DNA of 49,704 nt from a virus, in the IMG/VR virus record IMGVR_UViG_3300044463_000016; one strand, written 5' to 3'. The notes below the pieces were generated by a model that did no database searches, was not told the DNA's origin, and worked only from the letters and a program-made list of their open reading frames with translations. Shown here piece after piece: positions 8,778 through 16,216 of this stretch. The translations under genes and the position numbers were made by a program. Positions within the stretch are counted from its first letter, which is position 1. The number at the start of each line of letters is the position of its first letter.

Positions 8778-10916
8778 TTGTTGATCCAAGCCGACAGCCG
8801 GCATCTACCCGTCAAGACCGCCAGCGTGCAATGCGTCGTGACCAGCCCGCCGTACTGGGGCCTGCGCGACTACGGCCTGCCACCAAGCGTGTGGGGTGGA
8901 GACCCGGAGTGTGGGCATGACTTCGACCAGCGCCGCTACTACACAGAATCAAGCGCTGCGAAGTCAAATGGGAGCGCTGAGGCTTTCTCGAAAGCCGGGC
9001 CTGACAACGCGAGGAGACTGAAAGAAGCACGCTGGAGAACAGATGCTTTTTGCCGCCAGTGCGACGCTTGGCGCGGCTGCCTCGGGCTGGAACCGACTCC
9101 AGAACTCTATTTGACATACATGGTCGCTGTCTTCCGGGAAGTGCGCCGCGTCTTGAGGAACGATGGGACGCTCTGGCTGAATATCGGAGATTCGTACAAT
9201 GCGCACCCAGGCCAAAGAACCGAGCACGACAAAGCCGGATGGAAGCAAGCCAGCAATCGTGGATCGTGCGAAACTGCAAGCCGTTCAACTACTGGCCTCA
9301 AGCCTAAAGACCTCGTAGGCATCCCGTGGCGCGTCGCGTTCGCGCTCCAGGCCGACGGCTGGTACCTTCGCTCTGACATCATCTGGAGCAAGCCCAACGC
9401 GATGCCGGAGAGCGTGACTGACAGGCCGACGAAGAGTCACGAGTACCTTTTTCTGCTGGCAAAGTCGGAGAGATATTTCTACGAAGCGGATGCGATCAGG
9501 GAATCCGCTAATGGCTGGAATGGTTCTCGCTTTGAAGATGGTAAGAATCTGATGGTGCATCCAAACGTAGGGAAGAATAGACCGAGTGCTGAACGCGGCT
9601 CCTTCAACGGCAAGACTGAAGCGATGGCCGACGAGGGACGCAACGCCTTCCGAGCCGTCACAGGGACCCGCAACAAGCGCTCGGTCTGGACAATCGCAAC
9701 TCAGCCCTACAGTGGAAGCCACTTCGCCTGCGTCGATGAAGAGACTGAGTGCCTGACATCAACTGGATGGAAGAGCCATTCTGATCTTCAGCCAGGAATG
9801 CTTGGAGCACAGTTCAACCTCACGACCGGCAAAATGTCCTGGGCTCCAATCGAAGATATTGCGCGTTACGAAGTTAGCAGCCAGAACATGGTAGTGGGAT
9901 CGTGTCGAGATATGGACATGTGGCTGACGCCAAACCATCGCACTGTGATTCAGCGCAGGCACTCTAGTACCAGGAAATGGCAACAGCCAACGATTATCCT
10001 CGCTGAAGGATTGAAAGCCTCACACAGTGTACCGACTGCCGCCGATTGGTCGTTTGAGGGAGATGCGACAACGCCGCTGGAATGGGCCGAACTACTTGGT
10101 TGGTATGTGGCGGAAGGGCACGAGTCTAAAAATTGTCTAACCGTTGAAATCTACCAGAGTGCCGCCGCTAATGGGCCTAAATGCCGACGGATTGAAGAGT
10201 TACTGAGACAGACTGGAGCAGAATGGACAAAAGCCACATGCAAAAGAACCTGGCTTGATCGGGACGCTGACATGACGGCTTATCGCGTGATGGGCTATGC
10301 CGCTGTCAGGCTGCGCGAGATGGCACCGGGGAAGCGCCTCCCCTGGGGAACGGTTCTTTGGTCGCATGATCGGATTGCGGCTCTGCTTGCCGGTCTCATA
10401 GATGGTGATGGTCACGAACGGGCTGATGACGGGCGTAGATGCTTTGTCCAAAAAGATAATGACCAATGCGGTTTGGTTCAGGCGCTTTCTTTGCGACTAG
10501 GAATGTCTGCAACTGTCGGCCTGCACAAAGATAGCGGCTGCGGCATCGTCTATCTCACAAGTCATAAAACACGCTCGTTTCGTGGCACGAATGGTGCTGG
10601 ATCACCACCGAGCATTCAGAAATATACAGGCGTCGTTTGGTGCCCGAAACTCCCTGATGGGACTTGGATGGCACGTCGCAACGGCAAGCCATTCATCACA
10701 GGCAACACCTTCCCTGAGAAGCTCGTTGAAATCTGCCTGCTCGCCGGGTCCCGACCGGGAGATCTCGTCTTCGACCCATTCGTCGGGAGCGGCACGGTGA
10801 TCCGGGTCGCGACCAGGTTACAGCGGAAAGGGGTTGGCTGTGATCTCAGTTGGGACTATCTGGACAAACAGGCAGACAAGCGCATGAGAGACGTGCAGGT
10901 GGAGCTGCAATACTGA
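8778..10916 (+). CDS. N4/N6 DNA methyltransferase (beta class) precursor containing an intein
   Basis: 712 aa with a TTG start 9 nt after ggagg. Motif IV TSPPYWGL is near the N-terminus. SHFA ... TFPEKL and motif I VFDPFVGSGT are at the C-terminus. A 326-aa in-frame insertion splits the conserved HFATFP box. Confidence 0.85.
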   Translation: MLIQADSRHLPVKTASVQCVVTSPPYWGLRDYGLPPSVWGGDPECGHDFDQRRYYTESSAAKSNGSAEAFSKAGPDNARRLKEARWRTDAFCRQCDAWRGCLGLEPTPELYLTYMVAVFREVRRVLRNDGTLWLNIGDSYNAHPGQRTEHDKAGWKQASNRGSCETASRSTTGLKPKDLVGIPWRVAFALQADGWYLRSDIIWSKPNAMPESVTDRPTKSHEYLFLLAKSERYFYEADAIRESANGWNGSRFEDGKNLMVHPNVGKNRPSAERGSFNGKTEAMADEGRNAFRAVTGTRNKRSVWTIATQPYSGSHFACVDEETECLTSTGWKSHSDLQPGMLGAQFNLTTGKMSWAPIEDIARYEVSSQNMVVGSCRDMDMWLTPNHRTVIQRRHSSTRKWQQPTIILAEGLKASHSVPTAADWSFEGDATTPLEWAELLGWYVAEGHESKNCLTVEIYQSAAANGPKCRRIEELLRQTGAEWTKATCKRTWLDRDADMTAYRVMGYAAVRLREMAPGKRLPWGTVLWSHDRIAALLAGLIDGDGHERADDGRRCFVQKDNDQCGLVQALSLRLGMSATVGLHKDSGCGIVYLTSHKTRSFRGTNGAGSPPSIQKYTGVVWCPKLPDGTWMARRNGKPFITGNTFPEKLVEICLLAGSRPGDLVFDPFVGSGTVIRVATRLQRKGVGCDLSWDYLDKQADKRMRDVQVELQY
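9729..10706 (+). mobile_element. Intein with LAGLIDADG homing-endonuclease domain
   Basis: Starts at Cys (CVDEETECLTSTG, block A). Has WLTPNHRTV (block B TxxH) and two LAGLIDADG motifs (LLGWYVAEGH and LLAGLIDGDGH). Ends ...KPFITGN followed by Thr. Excision restores SHFATFPEKL. Confidence 0.85.
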
Positions 10917-10931
10917 GAAAAGTGAAAGGAC

Positions 10932-11231
10932 ATGGAGGCAAAAACAATGAGCCGAGCAAAACAGCAGTTTCTAAGCGAGGAAATGCGTCCGAAGACGATC
11001 AAGGAACTTGACGAGGCAGCAGACGACTACGTCGTCAAGCGCGACGAGCGCATGGAAAGGCAGAAGCCCGAGAAGGACGCCAAAGCCCTGCTCATGGCGC
11101 TGATGCTCAAGCACAACCTGAAGCAGTACGTCTTCGACGGGAAAATGGTCTTCATCGAGCCGGGCGAGCCGACCGTGAAAGTGAAGGACCTGAAGGTCGA
11201 GAAGGACGATTCCGATCCGGAGGAAGACTGA
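10932..11231 (+). CDS. Hypothetical acidic-tailed protein (99 aa)
   Basis: ATG 10932. The alternative ATG 10947 has a better SD (ggagg 10934-10938). The C-terminus is EKDDSDPEED. Confidence 0.7.
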   Translation: MEAKTMSRAKQQFLSEEMRPKTIKELDEAADDYVVKRDERMERQKPEKDAKALLMALMLKHNLKQYVFDGKMVFIEPGEPTVKVKDLKVEKDDSDPEED

Positions 11232-11307
11232 CGGGCCCACCGTCAAGGAGATCGCGTTAGGCAAGCCTGGCCCGCGGCTCGTCCTCGTGTCGGATCCGTT
11301 CGATCAA

Positions 11308-11436
11308 ATGGTCGTTGGGGAGATCGTCGAGGCGCACAATCAGTCGATGGATTGGTGGGACACTCTCCACGGTGAAAAACAGCAAGCGCTCTACCAGCGG
11401 CAGGTTGCGCAGCCGCCAAGGAGGGGGGAGAGATGA
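11308..11436 (+). CDS. Small ORF (42 aa), start uncertain
   Basis: MVVGEIVEAHNQSMDWWDTLHGEKQQALYQRQVAQPPRRGER. Its TGA overlaps the next ATG (ATGA). The frame stays open back to 11230 with only GTG 11287 as an alternative start. Confidence 0.35.
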   Translation: MVVGEIVEAHNQSMDWWDTLHGEKQQALYQRQVAQPPRRGER

Positions 11437-11849
11437 AAGTGTATGTCGCTAGTTCGTGGAGAAATCAGTATCAGCCTCAAGTCGTCGCTGCTCTTCGCGC
11501 TGAAGGTCATGAGGTCTATGATTTCAGGGATGCTGACGGCTTCCATTGGTCAGAAGTCGATCATCGGTGGAAGGAATGGAATCCAGCCGCATATCTTCAT
11601 GGACTGCATCATGAATACGCTGAGAGAGGCTTTAACCGAGATATGAAGGCATTGCGCGAGAGCGAGGTGTGTATCTACGTGATGCCTTGTGGGGTGTCTG
11701 CGAGCCTTGAAGCAGGATGGGCGTGCGGCGCTGGCAAGAGAGTCTTTGTGTTCGCGCCTGAACTCAAAGAACCCGACCTAATGGTGAAGATGGCGGAGTG
11801 CTGTACGAATGATTTCAACTCTATACTTCGTGCAATAGCCCCGGCCTAA
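11433..11849 (+). CDS. Nucleoside 2-deoxyribosyltransferase-fold protein
   Basis: 138 aa. MKVYVASSWRN ... GVSASLEAGWACGAGKRVFVF fits the NDT-like pattern (PF05014/PF15891-type) as I remember it. SD is aaggagggggg. Confidence 0.6.
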   Translation: MKVYVASSWRNQYQPQVVAALRAEGHEVYDFRDADGFHWSEVDHRWKEWNPAAYLHGLHHEYAERGFNRDMKALRESEVCIYVMPCGVSASLEAGWACGAGKRVFVFAPELKEPDLMVKMAECCTNDFNSILRAIAPA

Positions 11850-11883
11850 AAACTCAGGGAATTGACGCTAAAGGAGGCAGCAA

Positions 11884-12057
11884 GTGACTGAAGCCGGAAA
11901 GAAATGGGCCTTAAAGTTCATGCGTGACACAAGCAACCCGGCCAATTATGGCAGCACTGGCGAGCAGGCCGACTTCTGGCTCCGCGCCTTCTGCGATGAG
12001 ATCGAAAAGAGAGCTGGAACCAAATCCGAGCCCCCTAGGCGGGCGCAAATTTCTTAG
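11884..12057 (+). CDS. Small hypothetical protein (57 aa), GTG start
   Basis: Not in the ORF track because it is under 60 aa. aggagg (11872-11877) lies 6 nt before GTG 11884. Translation is VTEAGKKWALKFMRDTSNPANYGSTGEQADFWLRAFCDEIEKRAGTKSEPPRRAQIS. The 3' end overlaps the convergent - strand gene by 23 nt. Confidence 0.5.
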   Translation: MTEAGKKWALKFMRDTSNPANYGSTGEQADFWLRAFCDEIEKRAGTKSEPPRRAQIS

Positions 12058-12376
12058 TGAGCAGGTTTAGAAGCGGTGGGACAAGGATAGACTCAGCAAT
12101 CACCCCAGCGAAAAATGCCAAAGCGACATGCTCAGGCATGTCAAACGGTTCAGTGAACGGCACCGGAAGCCTATCCACAAGGATAGCCCCAATCACCCAT
12201 TCAGCCGCCAGGTTTGTGACGGTCTTGAGGCTCGTGGTCACATCAGCAAAAACAAAATTGCCCAAAGCCTTCCAAAAGCCCGCTACCTGCTTATCTTGAT
12301 TCCACAGGTGATGACCGGCTTTGAGCACAAACGGCAGCAGCACCCCCGCAGCATAGAAAATCCAGTACTTATTCAT
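12035..12376 (-). CDS. Membrane protein, last gene of the lysis cassette
   Basis: ORF trimmed to ATG 12376 (ATGA overlap). 113 aa with hydrophobic segments YWIFYAAGVLLPFVL, AAEWVIGAILV and ALAFFAGVIAESILV. Confidence 0.65.
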   Translation of the reverse strand: MNKYWIFYAAGVLLPFVLKAGHHLWNQDKQVAGFWKALGNFVFADVTTSLKTVTNLAAEWVIGAILVDRLPVPFTEPFDMPEHVALAFFAGVIAESILVPPLLNLLTKKFAPA

Positions 12377-13053
12377 TTGAGAATCACCCCCACAGCAATG
12401 GCGGGTAGGACAGCCAGCCCGACGCGACCAGCAACAGAGCCCAATTTCCTCCACTTACCGCGCTTGGCGACCTTTTTGTAGGCGTCCATTGCGGCTTGGT
12501 AGTCGGTGATCGAGTGGTTTGCCATTTCAATCGTCTGCACCGCCTTGTCGAGATCGGCCCTCAGAGTGGCGCTCGCTTGGCGCTCAAGGTCAAGCTGGTG
12601 ATTGGTTTCCTTCAGGTTTTCCGCCAAGCGGTCCCTATCCAGCTTCAGCGCAACGTAATCCTGCATCTCGGCGATGGTGAGCTTAAAGCCACCATCGGCT
12701 ACGGGAGGCGTCAGACCCAATATCTTCCTGGCGTCGTCAGAGACCTGCTCAGCCGTCTTTGGAGCCAGAGCCTCAGCAATCAGCTTGTCCACTGACTGGT
12801 TGCGGGCTGCCAACGAGCGGGCGAGTGCCGCCTGCTGTTCGGCCCACTGTGTGCGCTCAGCTTCATGTTGCTCACGCTCGGCTTTCGCAGCGGCTTCCAG
12901 CTTGTGGCGTTCAGCCTCTTGTACCTGGGCTTGCTTTTCGCGCTCTTCCGCAATGGCCAGATCACGCGCCTCGCGTTCGACGGCTGAAACCCACAGCCAC
13001 GCCCCCAGAAGCAGCAACCCCCCCAGCCCGGCGTAGATCCCGGCTTTTCTCAT
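12373..13053 (-). CDS. Coiled-coil membrane protein (i-spanin-like)
   Basis: 226 aa. It has an N-terminal TM (GLGGLLLLGAWLWVSAV), a long E/A/Q/R-rich coiled coil and a second hydrophobic C-terminal segment. Confidence 0.55.
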   Translation of the reverse strand: MRKAGIYAGLGGLLLLGAWLWVSAVEREARDLAIAEEREKQAQVQEAERHKLEAAAKAEREQHEAERTQWAEQQAALARSLAARNQSVDKLIAEALAPKTAEQVSDDARKILGLTPPVADGGFKLTIAEMQDYVALKLDRDRLAENLKETNHQLDLERQASATLRADLDKAVQTIEMANHSITDYQAAMDAYKKVAKRGKWRKLGSVAGRVGLAVLPAIAVGVILK

Positions 13054-13382
13054 GGCAGCTTCCAGATCCTAAACGCTGGGAAGCTGTAATAAGCTTCGCC
13101 CGCGGCGTCGTTCCATCTCGCCCCGACTCGGAAACTCCAACGCGACTTGGTTGTGAAAGCGACATACGGGGGCCAGTTGATGTGCCATTCGCCAGGCTGA
13201 GGAACAGGTTTGCAGTAGAAAAATAACCGGCCGCCGACTGCCACAGCTGTCGTTTCCTGGTTGCCAAACAGTTTTCTTGGCGGGTCTCCACAGAACGCCG
13301 TCCAAGACCTCGGAATGTACTTGAACGGCCACAACCAGTCGTCATGCTTTTTGTCTTGAAGATGTGCAGGCAAGCAGCCCAT
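13050..13382 (-). CDS. Hypothetical Trp/Pro-rich protein in the lysis cassette
   Basis: 110 aa, coupled to both neighbours. I see no signal peptide or lipobox. Confidence 0.6.
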   Translation of the reverse strand: MGCLPAHLQDKKHDDWLWPFKYIPRSWTAFCGDPPRKLFGNQETTAVAVGGRLFFYCKPVPQPGEWHINWPPYVAFTTKSRWSFRVGARWNDAAGEAYYSFPAFRIWKLP

Positions 13383-13383
13383 T

Positions 13384-13698
13384 TTAGAGGTCCTCCCAAG
13401 TCAGCCAGATCAGCCGATAGGTAGCCCAGATCCCAAGACCAAGGCCAATCAACCACGAGGCGTAGTCGGTGAAGGCCTTCACCAATGGCTGACCATTGGC
13501 AACGTCGACAGCCTCTCGCGTCGCTGTCAACCCAAAGACAATGAACCCAGACAACAACAGCCGTCCTCCAACGTTGGTTGGCAGCCATCCCTTGGCCCAG
13601 TGACGCCGGAGTGCTTGCAGGGCGAAAAACGTTCCGACCACTAGGCCCATTGCAGAGAATAAGTGAATCAGTCCGCGTTCAATGATGTGAATGACCAC
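13384..13698 (-). CDS. Holin-like membrane protein (about 3 TM)
   Basis: 104 aa with three hydrophobic stretches, immediately downstream of the endolysin. Confidence 0.55.
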   Translation of the reverse strand: MVIHIIERGLIHLFSAMGLVVGTFFALQALRRHWAKGWLPTNVGGRLLLSGFIVFGLTATREAVDVANGQPLVKAFTDYASWLIGLGLGIWATYRLIWLTWEDL

Positions 13699-13703
13699 CG
13701 TTC

Positions 13704-14168
13704 TTATGCCCCCACTGGATAGAGATCAATCGGCAACTCCATATGCGGCCCATCAAGAAACGCGCTCTTACCCAAAGCCTTCCTTGCCGTGACGTATTCG
13801 GAGACGCGATCCTCGAGCGGCTCATCTAAAGCGTTCAGGCGACTCCAACAACCACCCCAGCGGATTGGAATTGATAACTCCACAGCAGCCTGCTTTACGG
13901 CCAGCGCTATCACATAGATCGGTGGCCACTCCCAACGCAGCTTGCCGTTAATGACAGGTACCAGATCCACGGCATGCCCGGTCAGATGGCGAGACTGCAT
14001 AGTCTGCGAGGCACCAGCCAAAACTAGTTTTCGTTGCTCTTCGACTGTGCGTTTGCCGTCATGGACAGCAAAGTCTACCGTGGTCAATTCCAAGGCGCGC
14101 TTAACGACTCGAACTAAATCCGGATGGACTCCGGCTAGCTCTGCTTTTGATTTTGCGCTGAGCATCAT
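13704..14168 (-). CDS. Endolysin, peptidase M15 (VanY / L-Ala-D-Glu peptidase type)
   Basis: SRHLTGHAVDL and DGPHMEL form the H-x6-D...H zinc site of M15 peptidases. The start is moved to ATG 14168 (ATGA overlap with the upstream stop). Confidence 0.85.
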   Translation of the reverse strand: MMLSAKSKAELAGVHPDLVRVVKRALELTTVDFAVHDGKRTVEEQRKLVLAGASQTMQSRHLTGHAVDLVPVINGKLRWEWPPIYVIALAVKQAAVELSIPIRWGGCWSRLNALDEPLEDRVSEYVTARKALGKSAFLDGPHMELPIDLYPVGA

Positions 14169-14419
14169 GGTTGCAACGTCTTTGACAAGGCCATAATAAA
14201 GCCGATGATGGGGATGCCAGCCGCGGCCGCGCCAGCCAGGGCTCCCCAAATGCCCGCTTTTACTGACAGCTTCCCGACCTCGATCCTTAGCAGGGTAATT
14301 TGTTCCTGGACGACCCTGACCTCGCTTTCGAGCACCTCGATGTCTCTGATGAGCGCTTTGCGATCGTTATCGCCTGAGCGTCGTCCAACGTTCTCAGTGG
14401 GAGCGTCTCCGGCCATCAT
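14165..14419 (-). CDS. Small coiled-coil protein with C-terminal TM (holin/antiholin or lysis regulator)
   Basis: Start at the tandem ATG ATG (14419/14416) just after aggagg. Has a central heptad-like region and the C-terminal TM GIWGALAGAAAAGIPIIGFIMAL. Confidence 0.55.
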   Translation of the reverse strand: MMAGDAPTENVGRRSGDNDRKALIRDIEVLESEVRVVQEQITLLRIEVGKLSVKAGIWGALAGAAAAGIPIIGFIMALSKTLQP

Positions 14420-14427
14420 GGTTCCTC

Positions 14428-15294
14428 CTAGAGCTGTGAACAAATATCCACTTCGCCAATGAGTCCACCCCCACCGGGGGGCCCTCCAGGATCGCTACCG
14501 CCGCCTCCTGATGATGGAGCAGAGGTTGTCATCCATAGATAGCGCCGATAGAAAGGATAATCCTCCGGTTCATACTCACAGCCAATACCTGGCCCCTCCT
14601 CGACCTCTGTTCCGTTGACTGTAAACGGTCCAGCACTGCTTGATCCTCCTTCGATGCTCGGCTCCGGATCTCTGCCAACTACATCAACACAATACTTTAT
14701 TCCCGTACCATGAACATCGCAGCTCATCTCAAGCCGCAGTTCCTCCAATGACAAAACCCCGGTGCGGAGTCCTATTTTAGTCAGACTGCCGTTCCAGTTC
14801 ACGGCCGGGCCGCCGGTTAGAAGTTCACCTTGTCTGACATTCCCAAACAGCAGGCTATCCACCCCTAATTCTGCGAACCCGCCAGTGCGCGTGCCAGTAC
14901 CGATCACGGCCAAGTTGTCTCGTGTGTCTCCTGCGTAGAAAATGACATTGTTAGAGCCAGCAAACCGGTCATATGTAACGGCGATATACGTCCAATTCGA
15001 CAAATCCGGGCAAGCAACACTCTGAAATTGGGAAGGATCGTCAACCGGATCACCTGTCGCGAAAAAATAGAGTCTTTGATCTGGCCCAACAAAGACCGCC
15101 CAGCCGTTGTGAAAGTCGAACAGCCGTCCAGCCAGTCCGGCTCGCCTTTCTGGGAATGGATAATCCTGCTTTGCCCACGCCGAGAAGGTGAATGCATTGT
15201 AACTGTCGCTCGACGAGGGACTTGATAGATGGTCGCCTGAGGTATTGACGAAAACCGAAGCGCCACGACCTGAAAAATGTCGAGCAATTCCCAT
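14428..15294 (-). CDS. LamG/concanavalin-A-like lectin-fold virion protein
   Basis: 288 aa. FTFSAWAK, WTYIAVTYD and VIFYAGD resemble Laminin_G_3-type jelly rolls. Gly/Pro-rich C-terminus SSGGGGSDPGGPPGGGG. Confidence 0.55.
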   Translation of the reverse strand: MGIARHFSGRGASVFVNTSGDHLSSPSSSDSYNAFTFSAWAKQDYPFPERRAGLAGRLFDFHNGWAVFVGPDQRLYFFATGDPVDDPSQFQSVACPDLSNWTYIAVTYDRFAGSNNVIFYAGDTRDNLAVIGTGTRTGGFAELGVDSLLFGNVRQGELLTGGPAVNWNGSLTKIGLRTGVLSLEELRLEMSCDVHGTGIKYCVDVVGRDPEPSIEGGSSSAGPFTVNGTEVEEGPGIGCEYEPEDYPFYRRYLWMTTSAPSSGGGGSDPGGPPGGGGLIGEVDICSQL

Positions 15295-15912
15295 TTAGGA
15301 CACCTCAGACAATTCGACTAGACCAACCCGCAGAGCACAGGCACGCGCCGTCGCATTGCGATTATTGTTCATCACAGCCCGGATTCTCTTCGTGCCGCTC
15401 AAATCCACCAACGGCGTGAAGTATTGTGCCAGATTGAACCAGGTCGATCCGGTTTGCGCGTTGGTGAGGCCGTCGAAAATCGTAAAACTCGCCCCAGCCG
15501 AAACCGCTTGAACCCTGGACCACTCAGAATTCTGCAGGGTTGAATTCTTGAAGAATACTCTGACATCGTTGGCCAAGCCGGTTGTTGTACTTTCCTCGAT
15601 CAGAGTTTGGCCAGCCGCTTCTGTTCCATCGACTGCTGAGCTGTTGGGTGTCGCTACGTCAAACACGTAGGGCGAAATAATGGGCCTCCAGCCAGCATCA
15701 CCGGCTGCGAACGGCGTCGATTCGATAGTTAGTTGCGGTCCGACTGTGATGGCGCCAACGCCAGTTGGAGCGAAATCAATGAACAGCCTCGCTTGAAAAA
15801 TAGACGCAACATTGAGTTCAGTGCTTTTCGCCACCGCATTTGCCGAGACTTCGACAATTGGGTTGCCGGAAAACAAGAAGAAGACATCAGAAACTTTCGT
15901 TGGAGTTGCCAT
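15295..15912 (-). CDS. Hypothetical structural protein (205 aa)
   Basis: Beta-rich sequence, contiguous with the neighbouring structural genes. Confidence 0.65.
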   Translation of the reverse strand: MATPTKVSDVFFLFSGNPIVEVSANAVAKSTELNVASIFQARLFIDFAPTGVGAITVGPQLTIESTPFAAGDAGWRPIISPYVFDVATPNSSAVDGTEAAGQTLIEESTTTGLANDVRVFFKNSTLQNSEWSRVQAVSAGASFTIFDGLTNAQTGSTWFNLAQYFTPLVDLSGTKRIRAVMNNNRNATARACALRVGLVELSEVS

Positions 15913-15942
15913 TGAGATCGAGCTCCTTTCCCCACTGTTGGA

Positions 15943-16212
15943 CTACCGTCTTCTCAACCCGAACGCCTTCCGCTTCGTGCGCAGCTCCTCAGACAACCGC
16001 TCTGCGCCACCTGCCAAATAAGTGTTGATCCGTTGCTGTGCGCCTCTCATGTACTCCTCATCAGCTAGGCTTTGCGGATCTGTGTACTTTTTACCAACCA
16101 CCTGCATGGGCTCTGGGTCGCCTACGTCTTTAACTGGCTTTTTGGTGGGGCGTGATGGTTTCTGCTTCTCTCGGTCAAGCGCTTCGGCTGCCCTGCGATA
16201 AGGATCTGGCAT
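15943..16212 (-). CDS. Small basic hypothetical protein (89 aa)
   Basis: ORF trimmed to ATG 16212, preceded by ggagg. It starts 5 nt after the giant gene's stop. Confidence 0.55.
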   Translation of the reverse strand: MPDPYRRAAEALDREKQKPSRPTKKPVKDVGDPEPMQVVGKKYTDPQSLADEEYMRGAQQRINTYLAGGAERLSEELRTKRKAFGLRRR

Positions 16213-16216
16213 TGAC

